Origin: Candidatus Gastranaerophilales bacterium | GTDB lineage: Bacteria; Cyanobacteriota; Vampirovibrionia; Gastranaerophilales; UBA9579 | Direction of reading: 5' to 3' | Assembly: GCA_028689995.1 (NCBI GenBank) | Contig: JAQVCB010000003.1 | Span: 1,291 to 65,290, forward strand | DNA length: 64,000 nt | Part shown: piece after piece, positions 39,783 to 50,480 of the stretch | How positions within the stretch are numbered: the stretch's first letter is position 1 | How the letters are laid out: each line of letters begins with the position of its first letter | Position numbers and translations under genes: made by a program | The notes under the pieces: model-generated | Told to the model about the DNA's origin: nothing | Databases searched by the model: none | Seen by the model: only the letters and a program-made list of their open reading frames with translations

Positions 39783-40895
39783 ATGGAGGACAGGAAAATT
39801 AAAGTCGCATTTCCTCATATGGGAACAGTTTATATTATCTGGGCTTCTTTGATTAAATCATTAGGCGGAGAAGTCATAATTCCACCATATACAAGTAAAA
39901 AAACACTTTCTATAGGAACAAAACACAGTCCGGAAGCAATTTGCCTGCCTTATAAGCTAGTGCTTGGAAATTATATTGAAGCAATTGAAGCAGGAGCTGA
40001 AATGGTCATAATGGTAAGCAGTCCCGGCATTTGTAGACTTGGTGAATACAGCAAAAGTATTAAAAATGCTTTGGAAGATCTTGGTTATAAAGCTAAATTT
40101 ATGGATATAGACCTTTATAAAGGCAAATTTATGGAAATGTATAATTGTCTTATCAAGGTCACGGGTAATAGAAATGTTATATCACTCATAAATGCTATTA
40201 ATGTTGCGGTTAATAAAGTTTTTGTTCTTGATAAGCTTGATACTACTCTTTCTTACTATAGAGCAAGAGAGTTTGAAACCGGGCAAGCTGAAAAAGCTTA
40301 TAAAAAAGGTATTGAATGGGTTTTTGAAGCCCAAACTAAAAAAAAATTAAATGAAGCAAAGATAGCAGCTATTGAGGAAATTAAAAAAACTCCGATAGAT
40401 CCTGCTAAAGATGTTCTGCATGTAGACCTGACAGGTGAAATCTTTATGGTTCTTGATGCATTTTCCAATCAAAATCTTGAAAGAGAACTGGGCAGACTGG
40501 GAGTTCAGACAAGAAGAAGTATGACTCTTGGCGGATGGGTAAAAACTGCCATAATTCCGAAAATGTTCAGAAAAGAAGAAACTCATGCTGAAAGATCCTA
40601 CAAATTTGCAAAACCCTATCTTTTAAGAGATATTGGCGGTGACGCTTTGGAATCAGTTGGTGATGTAGCTTACGCAACCAAAACAGGTGTTGACGGCATA
40701 ATTCATATTAGTCCGTTTACATGCATGCCGGAAATTATGTCACAGAATATATTTCCTTTAATGAGAAAAGACGGTTCAATTCCAGTTCTTGCTCTTGTAC
40801 TTGATGAACAAACAGGTAGAGCAGGTTATGTAACAAGACTTGAAGCTTTTGTCGATCTAATGCGTCGCAGAAAGCGTCAGGTGCAAACAGTTTAA
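39783..40895 (+). CDS. Acyl-CoA dehydratase activase-related protein (DUF2229-like)
   Basis: KVAFPHMGTVYIIWASLIKSLGGEVIIPPYTSKKTLSIGTKHSPEAICLPYKLVLGN resembles the non-ATPase domain of CoA-substrate-specific enzyme activases. The start is uncertain (TTG at 39696 in the track). Confidence 0.6.
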   Translation: MEDRKIKVAFPHMGTVYIIWASLIKSLGGEVIIPPYTSKKTLSIGTKHSPEAICLPYKLVLGNYIEAIEAGAEMVIMVSSPGICRLGEYSKSIKNALEDLGYKAKFMDIDLYKGKFMEMYNCLIKVTGNRNVISLINAINVAVNKVFVLDKLDTTLSYYRAREFETGQAEKAYKKGIEWVFEAQTKKKLNEAKIAAIEEIKKTPIDPAKDVLHVDLTGEIFMVLDAFSNQNLERELGRLGVQTRRSMTLGGWVKTAIIPKMFRKEETHAERSYKFAKPYLLRDIGGDALESVGDVAYATKTGVDGIIHISPFTCMPEIMSQNIFPLMRKDGSIPVLALVLDEQTGRAGYVTRLEAFVDLMRRRKRQVQTV

Positions 40896-41018
40896 ATAAA
40901 ATGTTTATATTGATTGTTATACTACTGAATGATTCCGTAAATAAGCATTTTTAGCAATTTAAAAATACTGTATTTTGTTTTAATATTTATCAGATTAGTT
41001 TCATAAAGGAGAGTGCAT

Positions 41019-41291
41019 ATGCTTGATAATGTAATTCTTGTAAGAAATATTTTCTACAAGTGTTTTTTGATAGGATTTGTTTGTACTATTTTTTCGTTTC
41101 TCTTTTATTTATTTAATCCTGATTTTTTAATCGGAATGATGAAAACATATTATAAAATTGAAGCTAAAGATGTGGCGGTAATGATTGGGTATTATTTTAT
41201 ATTTGTCAGGATCGCACTTATTTATTTTATGTTAATACCAGCTCTTGCATTGCATTGGACTTCCTATATACTTAAAAAAGCAGGGAAATAA
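41019..41291 (+). CDS. Small hydrophobic membrane protein
   Basis: The ATG lies 6 nt after AAGGAG. About 90 aa with three predicted hydrophobic helices. No homology recognised. Confidence 0.4.
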   Translation: MLDNVILVRNIFYKCFLIGFVCTIFSFLFYLFNPDFLIGMMKTYYKIEAKDVAVMIGYYFIFVRIALIYFMLIPALALHWTSYILKKAGK

Positions 41292-41296
41292 AATTT

Positions 41297-41875
41297 TTAG
41301 AATTTAAACACTTTTTGAGAAATTTCTTCGGGTATATAGTCTTCTATGTACTTTATTGCACTTTTGGGATCAGAAGCTATATAGTATAAATTTCTGCATT
41401 TCGAATTTGCAAAACGGCTATTATAAACATGTTCAAACAGATCAAAAAGTGGCTTGTAAAAATCATTTATATTCAGAAATACAAGCGGTTTATTATGAAA
41501 ATTAAGTTGTTTCAGAGTAATCATCTCAAGCATTTCCTCAAGAGTTCCAAATCCTCCCGGAAGGGCAATAAATGCATCTGAAAATGTTTCCATAATAGAT
41601 TTGCGTTCTCTCAGATCTTTTGTGACTATAAATTCATCAGCCGCTTCATAAGCAACGCCCATATTTTTTATACCTTTAGGAATAACTCCAACAACCTTCC
41701 CTCCAAAAGAATGTGCTGTTTTTGCTATTTCTCCCATCAAGCCAACGCTTGCGCCTCCGTAAACAAGAGTATGATTTTCGGCAGCTACCAATGCTGCGAG
41801 TTCTTTTGCCGCCTGAAAATATACCAAATCTACTTCGTCACTTGAAGAACAATAAATACAAATCTTTTTCTTCAT
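41297..41875 (-). CDS. LOG-family (TIGR00730) nucleotide 5'-monophosphate nucleosidase
   Basis: 192 aa with YGGASVGLMG and PGGFGTLEE. Confidence 0.88.
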   Translation of the reverse strand: MKKKICIYCSSSDEVDLVYFQAAKELAALVAAENHTLVYGGASVGLMGEIAKTAHSFGGKVVGVIPKGIKNMGVAYEAADEFIVTKDLRERKSIMETFSDAFIALPGGFGTLEEMLEMITLKQLNFHNKPLVFLNINDFYKPLFDLFEHVYNSRFANSKCRNLYYIASDPKSAIKYIEDYIPEEISQKVFKF

Positions 41876-42132
41876 AAGTTTTACCCGTAAGAAACTGCTT
41901 TCTTACTTATTATAAACTATTTTAGGTTTTAGGTGATAGTCATCATCAAACTAATGTTAGAGATTAAAGCTTTGAAGCAGTTAGATTCTGCTGTTATCAG
42001 CTCCTGTTGTAGCACCACAGTTTTCTTAACTATACGAAAAATCAATAAAATATTGGAACTTAAAAAAGAGTATGATATATTCATAGAGTTAAACAGCTTT
42101 TATATCTGAAACAGTTGGTCGGAGGAATTATT

Positions 42133-43347
42133 ATGATAAAGAATTATTCGTCATTTATAGATAGAACAAAATCATCAGCAATCAGAGAATTGTTAAAACT
42201 CACCAGTCAGCCTGATATAATCTCATTTGCCGGAGGTTTGCCTGATCCGAATGTTTTTCCAATAGAAATTATAAATGATATTATTGCTAATATTTTACAG
42301 AATAAAAGTAAAGTGGCTTTACAATATGGTGCAACAGAGGGTGTTCTTGAATTCAAGCAGGAATTAGTAAAATTTATAAGTAAAAGTGAAGGCATTAATC
42401 TTAAGCCGGAAAATATTCTGGTCACCAGTGCTTCTCAGCAGGGTTTAGACCTTATAGGAAAAGCTTTTATAAATGTAAGTGATCCTATTTTAGTTGAATT
42501 ACCTTCATATTTAGGTGCTTTACAAGTTTTTCAGTCTTATGGAGCAGATATTATAGGCGTAAAATCAGATGATGACGGAGTGCTTATAGATGATTTTGCT
42601 GCTAAACTCGATCTTCTCAAAAGACAAAATGCTACCTGCAAGTTCGTATATCTGGTACCCGATTTTCAAAATCCTACCGGAGTAACTATGAGTGTAGAAA
42701 GAAGACATAAGCTGATAGAAATTTCAAAGCATTATGATTTGCCTATTATTGAAGATTCTCCTTATCGACAGGTTCGATTTGAAGGTGATCATTGTGATAT
42801 GTTATATAAGCTTAGTAACTATGATAACGTTATTTCCCTGTTTACTTTTTCAAAAATATTTGTACCGGGACTTAGATTGGGCTATATGATAGGACCTGAA
42901 GAAGCAATTATGAAAATGTCAACTTTAAAGCAATCATTGGATCTTTGCACTTCTCCATTAAATCAGCTTATTGCATCGGAATTTTTAAAAGGTGGATATT
43001 TTGACAGCCATGTTAAAGAGATTATAGGCATATATAAAAAGAAAAAAGATGTAATGTTAAGAGCCTTAAATGAGTTTATGCCGGAAGGTGTGAGCTGGAC
43101 AACTCCTGAGGGGGGATTATTCTTATGGGTACGCCTGCCTGAGTATATGGATGCAAATCAAATGTTTTATAATGCTGTTGATGAAAAGGTTGCTTATGTT
43201 ATTGGGTCTGTTTTTCATTGTGATAATTCAGGGCTTAATACATTAAGATTGAATTTCTCATATCCGTCTGAAGAAGAAATATATGAAGGTATTAAAAGGC
43301 TTGCCAAAGTGGTTAAAGACAGATTAAAAACTCCAAGCAAAGCTTAG
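42133..43347 (+). CDS. PLP-dependent aminotransferase, class I/II fold (2-aminoadipate/aromatic type)
   Basis: The ATG lies 6 nt after GGAGGA. Has FAGGLPDP, PDFQNPTG and FSKIFVPGLRLGY (PLP lysine). Confidence 0.85.
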   Translation: MIKNYSSFIDRTKSSAIRELLKLTSQPDIISFAGGLPDPNVFPIEIINDIIANILQNKSKVALQYGATEGVLEFKQELVKFISKSEGINLKPENILVTSASQQGLDLIGKAFINVSDPILVELPSYLGALQVFQSYGADIIGVKSDDDGVLIDDFAAKLDLLKRQNATCKFVYLVPDFQNPTGVTMSVERRHKLIEISKHYDLPIIEDSPYRQVRFEGDHCDMLYKLSNYDNVISLFTFSKIFVPGLRLGYMIGPEEAIMKMSTLKQSLDLCTSPLNQLIASEFLKGGYFDSHVKEIIGIYKKKKDVMLRALNEFMPEGVSWTTPEGGLFLWVRLPEYMDANQMFYNAVDEKVAYVIGSVFHCDNSGLNTLRLNFSYPSEEEIYEGIKRLAKVVKDRLKTPSKA

Positions 43348-43395
43348 AAATTTAATTGAAGTTTTAATTGAAAATATATTTATAGTGCAGGTTTG

Positions 43396-45228
43396 TTAAA
43401 TTTTTTCAATCAGTGAATCATCAAATTTAAGAGGAATTTTAAATCCAAAAGTACTACCTTCATTTAAGTTGCTTTCTACAAAAATTTGACCGCCATGATG
43501 TTTTTCTACGGTAATTTTTGCCAGATGCAAGCCAAGTCCTGTACCTTTTATGGTGTGGGTCTTGGTCTCAATCCTGTAGAATCTGTCAAATATTTTATCA
43601 ATATGTTCTGTTGAAATGCCGATACCGTTATCTTCAACCATAACCTGAAGGTAATTACCTGTTCTGTCAATTTCAGCCCTTATTTTAATTCTTCCGTTGT
43701 CATTCGAATATTTTATAGCATTTGATAAAAGATTTTTAAGCACTCTTTCAATACTTTCAGGATTGATCACGATTTTTGGAAGATCGGGTTCGATCAGTAT
43801 TGAAAAGGATATATTTCTCTCATCTGCGAGGACTTTCATTGATTTTGTTGTCAATTCAATTATAGGCCCTATATCTGAAGAAATTTTTTCGAGCTCCACA
43901 TTTGGTGATTCAAGTCTTGAAAAATCAAGAATATCATTTACGAGTCTGTTTAGTCTGTCAGATTCATTATTTAAGACATCAATAAATTCTTCTTTTGTCT
44001 TTTCGTCAAATTCATGTCCATAGTTATAAAGAGTATCAATATAACTTCTCAGGACTGTAACTGGAGTTCTGAGTTCATGGCTTACGTTAGAAATAAAGCT
44101 GTTTTTCATACGGTCAATTTCGGCTTCTTTTGTAATGTCATGAAGAACCAGAATATAGCCGAGATATTCCTGATGGAATGCAAATATTGGCGAAATTACA
44201 GCTTGTATAATTTTGCTGTTAATTTTAACTTGTGTATCAAGTGGTTTTGCATCAATATCTTCAAGCGGAGTATCTTTAAACTTTGCAATTTCTTTTTTAA
44301 AACAGAGTTCACCGTTTGAATCGCAGTAATCCATGATTCTACTGCTGATTAATTCTTTAGCATTAAAGCCAAGCATTTTTATAGCGGCATTATTAACAAG
44401 AATAATTTTGTCATAATTGTCACAGACGACTACACCGTTTGCAATACTCATAAGTACCGCTTCAAGCTTGTTTTTTTCATATGTTAGCTGGTCTATGTTC
44501 TTTTCTTCATATTGCCTGAGCCTTGTTGACATATCATTAAAGGACTCAAAAAGCTGTTTTATTTCACCCCATAGATCTTTAGACGTTAATTTATAGCCAA
44601 ATTCTCCTGTAGAAATCCTTCGGACTCCTTCTGAAAGAAGTTTGATCTGTCTTGTAATTAGCAGTGTGTTGATAAGAACTGCTGCAATTGATAGAAACCA
44701 CGCTATTGTAAATATAATAATCATCAGGTTTCTGGTTGATTTGGCAACAATATTTCTTGTATAACCTGTGAGACCTATTTGAACTGTGCCAACAACATTT
44801 TCTGTATTTTCATTGATAGATACAATAGGTACGTTTGGAACAGAATATATTGAGTCCTGATTAGAAAACTTTTTGCTTGAATAGAGAATGCTGCCTTTTT
44901 CATCGGTAAAAATTATAAATGAAATATCATTACTATTCTTCAGAAGCATTTTAGTATGATTTTGAAGCTTTTGAAGATTGTGAGTTACAGGATATTCAGA
45001 AACAACGTCAATACTGGAAATAGCAAGAGTTTTTGCCAGCATTGAACCGTAGTTCTGATAGCTTTCATCTATTTTGTCCTGAGTATTTTTGATTACAACC
45101 CAGGCTGCAACTACAATAAAAAATGAGCATAGGAGGGAGCCTAAAATAATCAGTTTATTCTGGGTACTTAATCCCATAAGTCCTGATTTGTTCTCTCTAT
45201 TATCATTTTGATCTAATTGATTATTCAT
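43396..45228 (-). CDS. Membrane sensor histidine kinase (TM-HAMP-PAS-HisKA-HATPase)
   Basis: 610 aa with H-box VSHELRTPV, N-box NAIKYS, DNGIGI and GTGLGLHLAK. Two TM segments flank an extracytoplasmic domain. Confidence 0.85.
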   Translation of the reverse strand: MNNQLDQNDNRENKSGLMGLSTQNKLIILGSLLCSFFIVVAAWVVIKNTQDKIDESYQNYGSMLAKTLAISSIDVVSEYPVTHNLQKLQNHTKMLLKNSNDISFIIFTDEKGSILYSSKKFSNQDSIYSVPNVPIVSINENTENVVGTVQIGLTGYTRNIVAKSTRNLMIIIFTIAWFLSIAAVLINTLLITRQIKLLSEGVRRISTGEFGYKLTSKDLWGEIKQLFESFNDMSTRLRQYEEKNIDQLTYEKNKLEAVLMSIANGVVVCDNYDKIILVNNAAIKMLGFNAKELISSRIMDYCDSNGELCFKKEIAKFKDTPLEDIDAKPLDTQVKINSKIIQAVISPIFAFHQEYLGYILVLHDITKEAEIDRMKNSFISNVSHELRTPVTVLRSYIDTLYNYGHEFDEKTKEEFIDVLNNESDRLNRLVNDILDFSRLESPNVELEKISSDIGPIIELTTKSMKVLADERNISFSILIEPDLPKIVINPESIERVLKNLLSNAIKYSNDNGRIKIRAEIDRTGNYLQVMVEDNGIGISTEHIDKIFDRFYRIETKTHTIKGTGLGLHLAKITVEKHHGGQIFVESNLNEGSTFGFKIPLKFDDSLIEKI

Positions 45229-45242
45229 TTTGCACTATTCAA

Positions 45243-45821
45243 TTATTGTAAACTGGCTAGAATAAGATTACTAATTGCTTTTAAGGTAGCAAATACTCCG
45301 GAACCGTTCTTTGCGATAGATTCAAAACTTGGAAATCCTTCCTTATTAAGGTCTTTTTCAAGACTTTCAAGATTTAAAACATTGTCCATATCTCTTTTAT
45401 TATACTGGAAAACTATTGGTATATTATCTACAGAAAGATTATAATCTTTTAGATTTTCTATAAGATTGTTATAACTTTCAATATTTTCATCCCGTTTTTC
45501 AATTCTTGAATCAGCAACGAAAATAATGCCGTCAACGCCGTTTAAAATTAATTTTCTTGCTGCATTGTATTCTTTTTGTCCCGGAGCAGTATAGAGACTA
45601 AAGCTTGTATTAAAGCCCCTTAATTCTCCAAGATCAATTGACAAAAAATCAAAAAACAGGGTTCTTTCATTTAAGCCTTCAAGACTTGTCATTTCACCTC
45701 TGATTTTTGAATCAAGTTGTTTGTATATATATTTTAAATTTGTGGTTTTGCCGCTTTCGCCAGTACCACAATATACTATCTTACAGTTCACTTTTCGATC
45801 AGCGTAATTAACAAGAACCAC
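45243..45821 (-). CDS. mglA: MglA-type Ras-like small GTPase
   Basis: 192 aa. NCKIVYCGTGESGKTTNL, RTLFFDFL, LYTAPGQKEY, FVADS and QYNKRD follow the MglA pattern over the whole length. Confidence 0.85.
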   Translation of the reverse strand: MVLVNYADRKVNCKIVYCGTGESGKTTNLKYIYKQLDSKIRGEMTSLEGLNERTLFFDFLSIDLGELRGFNTSFSLYTAPGQKEYNAARKLILNGVDGIIFVADSRIEKRDENIESYNNLIENLKDYNLSVDNIPIVFQYNKRDMDNVLNLESLEKDLNKEGFPSFESIAKNGSGVFATLKAISNLILASLQ

Positions 45822-46079
45822 TTTTTCTCACCCTACAAACTAACTTTATAAGTATAGTATACTATACTTATCTTTAATTTAGTCTTCGATAAATTTTATA
45901 TACACCTATTATCTATGAAATAGCAAATTTGGACAAGATGTACCTCAATCATTTATGTGTATTGTTTACTGTATGAACGTGAATTAGATTGAATTGTACT
46001 TTTATAATTGATAAAATATGTTAATATACCACTCCCAAAATAAATTTGGGATTTTGATAAAAGCCGAAGTTAGGAGAAG

Positions 46080-46703
46080 TTGATGTTTGATTTAAAGTGT
46101 AAAATTATATTCATAGGGCATGGGTCAACTCTATATTCAGAACAGAATCGGCTTTATGACGTGGATGAATACCCGCCGCTTAATGAGCAGGGAAAAAAAG
46201 AGATTGAAAAAATATCAAATTGGTTAAAAAGTTGTTCTCCAAACGTGGACGCAATATTTGCCAGTTCTGCATTAAGGTCTGTTCAAAGTGCCAGAACTAT
46301 TGCGAAAATATTCAGAAAAGATTTTGAAATCCTTGATAATTTGTATGATCGTAGAGCTGGAATATGGGGTGGGATGACATTCAGGCAGGTACAGGAAAAA
46401 TATCCTGTAATGCTTGAAGAATACCATAAGAATCCCTGCAATTTCTGGCCGGAAGATGGCGAATCAACTAAAGAACTTAATAATAGAGTAATTACAACTA
46501 TAGATAATATTATTCAGGATAATTTTCAGAAAAAAATTGTTCTGATTACTAATGTAGGAATTATTCAATCTGCAATTAGTCTTGCTATGGATATAAATCC
46601 TAAAAATCAGGCAAGAGTTTATATACCTCCAGGTTCTGCAACGCAGATTAATTATTATACAGAGTGGTCAAGCCTTGTTTATTCTGGCTATGTACCGGTA
46701 TAG
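46080..46703 (+). CDS. Histidine-phosphatase (PGAM) superfamily protein with non-canonical catalytic positions
   Basis: 207 aa. It has the fold pattern of the cofactor-dependent PGAM family, but IGHGST replaces RHG and ITNVG replaces SHG. Confidence 0.65.
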   Translation: MMFDLKCKIIFIGHGSTLYSEQNRLYDVDEYPPLNEQGKKEIEKISNWLKSCSPNVDAIFASSALRSVQSARTIAKIFRKDFEILDNLYDRRAGIWGGMTFRQVQEKYPVMLEEYHKNPCNFWPEDGESTKELNNRVITTIDNIIQDNFQKKIVLITNVGIIQSAISLAMDINPKNQARVYIPPGSATQINYYTEWSSLVYSGYVPV

Positions 46704-46795
46704 TTTTATTTTTATGTATTGTTAATCATTTTACATGTATAAAAGACTGATATGCTATACTATAATCGTATTTTTAGTTTTTATAGTTAGGATTT

Positions 46796-49186
46796 ATGAC
46801 AAATCAGGAAAATCTAAAAATAATAAAAGAAAATACCAAAATTGCATTTGAACATCATCAAGCAGGAAGATTTCAAGAAGCTGAAGATATTTACAAGCAA
46901 ATTTTGTTGATAGATCCAAATAATGCTAATGTACTGAATTTTCTTGGAATTCTTTTATATAAGGTTAAAAGAGAAAATGAAGCTATTAATTATATAACTA
47001 AGGCTATAGAAATATTTCCATGTGCATATTTTTATAAAAATCTTGGCATAATTTATATTGAATTATCAGAAATTGCTAAAGCAGTTGAATGTCTTGTAAA
47101 AGCTGTTGAACTTGATCCTGAAGAAATCGATATCCTTATGAAACTTGCTGATCTTTATAAAAAAACCAATGATATTGATAATTATATTGAATGCTTAAAA
47201 AAAATAATAAAATTAAAGCCTCAAGAAAGCAGAAATTTTTTATACCTTGGAAATGCCTCTTTAGCAAAAAATAATCTTGATGATGCGATTGATTATTATC
47301 TTAATGTTGTAAAATTAGATCCTGATTATAAAAAAGTACTTTTTAACCTTGCCATAGTCTGCGATAAAAAAAATAATTTTAATGAGGCAATTAATTATTA
47401 TCAAGATTATATTCAGGTTTATCCAAATGACCAGAATGCTCATTTTAATATTGCCAGGATTTTTCACAAAAAAAATAATCTCGAACAATCTATTAAAAGT
47501 TACAGAAAGGCTATTGAGCTGAAACCAGATCTCTCAGAAGCATATTATTATCTTGGTCAAGCATCATTCAAAAAACATAAAATAAACTTAAATAAAAGAT
47601 TAAAAATAAAACCTTTTGATGAAACTCTTCTTAATACTGATCTTCCACTAAAAAATTACTCCGAACTTGAGGAAATAATAAGTTATTTTCAAAAAACAAT
47701 AGAATTGAATCCTGATCAGGCAGGAGTATATATTGATCTTGGTAACGTTTTTCTTGAAACTGATAAAATAAATGAAGCAATAAATTGCTACACAAAAGCA
47801 ATTGAACTGGATCCAAATTATACTGATGCTTATTATAATCTCGGAATAATTTTTAAGAGAAAAGCACAGGCAGCAGAATTGTCTATTGGATGTTATCGAA
47901 AAGCTCTTGAGCTAAATCCAAATGATATTGATGCACTTTTAAATCTTGGAGTTATTTTAGCTCATTTTAATAATTTTGAAGAAGCGCTTGTTAATTATCA
48001 AAAAATAATGAATATAAATCCGGCTTATACAAAAGCATATATTAATATTGGAGCTTTATTTATGAAAATGGATAAATGTGACGAAGCGCTTCAATATTAT
48101 AATAAAGCTTTAGAAATGGGGCATGACAAAGAAGAAACATATTGCTGCATTGCAACAGCCCTTTTTTATCAGGGAAAAATTCAGGAATCAATACGGTATT
48201 ATAATAATACAATCGAATTAAATCCTGAAAGTATCACAGCGCTATATTCTTTAAGTTCACCTTTATTAATAAAAGAAAATTTTAATGAAGGATGGAAACA
48301 TTATGAATTTAGATTGTTATATTTAAATTCCTTGGAAAGTCAAAAAATCTATTCTAAAATGCCTCAAAAATCTAAATGGAATGGAGAATCTATAAATGGC
48401 AAGAAGTTATATGTATATTATGAACAAGGTTTTGGAGATACAATACAATTTTCAAGATTTATTCCAGTTCTCAGTTCTATGGGAGCAAAAGTTATGTTTA
48501 AACCTCAATCACAATTTGACGAATTATTGAAAAAAAATGACATGAAATCTGAAATAATAAATCATTCAGTACCTGATGAACAAATTGATTATGATTATCA
48601 TACCCCCCTTATGAGCTTACCATTTTATCTCGGTATAAATTCTTCTAATATTCCAAAGAGTGAAGGTTATTTAAAAGCTGATAAAGAAAAAACTGCTTTA
48701 TACAAAGAAAAATATTTTAATAACAATGATTTTAAAATTGGATTTGCTTGGCAAGGAAATCCTTTTGGGCTTCAAAACAGAATAGTTCCTTTAGATAATT
48801 TTTTTAAACTTGCAAAAGTAGCAAATATTAGATTATATTCATTACAGAAAGGTAATGTTACGGATGAACTACTTGATAATTTACCCGACAACATTCAAGT
48901 AACCAATCTTGGAAAAACATTTAATGATTTTTCAGATACAGCAGCAGCTATCGAAAATCTTGACCTTGTAATTGTTGCAGATACTTCAGTTGCCCATCTA
49001 AGTGGAGCTTTGGGTAAACAAACCTGGTTGTTATTACCTAAAATACCTGAATGGAGATGGTTGTTAGATAGGGAAGATACTCCATGGTATAAAAGTTTCA
49101 AACTATTCAGACAAAAAGAAGCAGGGGATTGGTCGGAAGTAATGGATAGAGTTATTATAAATCTTAATAATATTTTGAATAAATAA
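46796..49186 (+). CDS. TPR-repeat protein with a C-terminal GT9-like (heptosyltransferase-fold) domain
   Basis: 796 aa. There are about 12 TPR units (repeated A..Y.kAieL.P...), then a C-terminal GFGDTIQFSRFIPVL...ADTSVAHLSGALGK. Confidence 0.75.
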   Translation: MTNQENLKIIKENTKIAFEHHQAGRFQEAEDIYKQILLIDPNNANVLNFLGILLYKVKRENEAINYITKAIEIFPCAYFYKNLGIIYIELSEIAKAVECLVKAVELDPEEIDILMKLADLYKKTNDIDNYIECLKKIIKLKPQESRNFLYLGNASLAKNNLDDAIDYYLNVVKLDPDYKKVLFNLAIVCDKKNNFNEAINYYQDYIQVYPNDQNAHFNIARIFHKKNNLEQSIKSYRKAIELKPDLSEAYYYLGQASFKKHKINLNKRLKIKPFDETLLNTDLPLKNYSELEEIISYFQKTIELNPDQAGVYIDLGNVFLETDKINEAINCYTKAIELDPNYTDAYYNLGIIFKRKAQAAELSIGCYRKALELNPNDIDALLNLGVILAHFNNFEEALVNYQKIMNINPAYTKAYINIGALFMKMDKCDEALQYYNKALEMGHDKEETYCCIATALFYQGKIQESIRYYNNTIELNPESITALYSLSSPLLIKENFNEGWKHYEFRLLYLNSLESQKIYSKMPQKSKWNGESINGKKLYVYYEQGFGDTIQFSRFIPVLSSMGAKVMFKPQSQFDELLKKNDMKSEIINHSVPDEQIDYDYHTPLMSLPFYLGINSSNIPKSEGYLKADKEKTALYKEKYFNNNDFKIGFAWQGNPFGLQNRIVPLDNFFKLAKVANIRLYSLQKGNVTDELLDNLPDNIQVTNLGKTFNDFSDTAAAIENLDLVIVADTSVAHLSGALGKQTWLLLPKIPEWRWLLDREDTPWYKSFKLFRQKEAGDWSEVMDRVIINLNNILNK

Positions 49187-49201
49187 TGAAAAGGATACAA
49201 A

Positions 49202-50008
49202 ATGCAAGATTCTCTTAATTTTATAAAATCTAAAATAGAAAATATTGTTGAAACTCCTGAAATTGCGATTATTTTAGGTTCCGGACTGGGTGATATTGCC
49301 GATCAAGTTGACGGAATAAGTATTCCATATTCAGATATTTTAGGTTTTAAGGCTTCTTTAGTACATGGACATGCCGGAAGACTTGTAATAGGCAAATTAA
49401 GTTCCAGAAATGTTGTTGTCATGCAAGGGCGCTTTCATTACTATGAAGGTCATTCAATGCAGGAAGTAATTTTGCCTGTCAGAGTGATGAAGCTGCTTGG
49501 TGCCGATAAACTCATTGTAACAAATGCAGCAGGAGGAGTTAATCTTAATTTCAACCCCGGTGATTTGATGTTCATCAGCGATCATCTTAATTTAACAGGT
49601 CAAAATCCTCTTATTGGCAAAAATCTTGACGAGCTTGGTCCAAGATTTGTTGATATGAGTTATGCTTATAACAAAAATCTTTTAAATATTGCAGATAAGA
49701 TTGCTAAAAACCTTGATATTAAAACTCAAAAAGGTGTATATGCGGCATTAACAGGTCCTGTATATGAAACTCCGGCAGAAATAAGAATGTTAAGAACTCT
49801 GGGTGCAGATGCAATCGGAATGTCAACCGTTCCTGAAGTTATTGCAGCAAATCATATGGGAATGAAAGTTCTTGGAATATCCTGTATCACAAACATGGCC
49901 GCAGGAATTCTAGATCAACCGCTCTGTCACGATGAAGTTATCAAAACTTCGAACAGAGTAAAAGAGAATTTTATCAAGCTTTTGAAAGAAATAATCAAAG
50001 AAATATAA
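49202..50008 (+). CDS. punA: Purine nucleoside phosphorylase (trimeric PunA type)
   Basis: 268 aa with GRFHYYEGH, VTNAAGG and GMSTVPEV. Confidence 0.88.
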   Translation: MQDSLNFIKSKIENIVETPEIAIILGSGLGDIADQVDGISIPYSDILGFKASLVHGHAGRLVIGKLSSRNVVVMQGRFHYYEGHSMQEVILPVRVMKLLGADKLIVTNAAGGVNLNFNPGDLMFISDHLNLTGQNPLIGKNLDELGPRFVDMSYAYNKNLLNIADKIAKNLDIKTQKGVYAALTGPVYETPAEIRMLRTLGADAIGMSTVPEVIAANHMGMKVLGISCITNMAAGILDQPLCHDEVIKTSNRVKENFIKLLKEIIKEI

Positions 50009-50009
50009 T

Positions 50010-50480
50010 TCACTCAACCCAAAGAGGAAGGTTTGTTTCGTTGTCGATTCCTCTGACAAGTTCTTCGCCTTTAAAAACCTGAATTGTAAATTCTCCTGCA
50101 TAAATTATAGTTCCAGGCATTAAATGGCCGCCAAAGCATCTTCCATTTCTGTCAGATACGACAACATGCAGGTGAAGAAAAGATTTACCGTCCCTTATTG
50201 AAATATTTCCCATGCAACTTGATATTTCGTAGTCAGGAAGTTCCGGATTCTGTTTTTTAAAGTCTGATTTTACAAAATCTTCATCGCTAGGATAGACATA
50301 TTGATGCATTTTCTGATCATAAAAACCAAGTTTTATATTTTTAACAGCACCGATTACTGATATCCATCCTGTTTTAATATTATTTTTGTTACAAAAATTA
50401 GTTAATTCTTCCAGTAAATCTGCATCATAAGAAAGCCTTCCCATAATAATTTTTTCGATTTCATATTGTTTGCTCAGCAT
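50010..50480 (-). CDS. PPC-domain (DUF296) protein
   Basis: 156 aa. GAVKNIKLGFYD...HLHVVVSDRNGRCFGGHL matches the PPC/DUF296 pattern. Confidence 0.72.
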   Translation of the reverse strand: MLSKQYEIEKIIMGRLSYDADLLEELTNFCNKNNIKTGWISVIGAVKNIKLGFYDQKMHQYVYPSDEDFVKSDFKKQNPELPDYEISSCMGNISIRDGKSFLHLHVVVSDRNGRCFGGHLMPGTIIYAGEFTIQVFKGEELVRGIDNETNLPLWVE

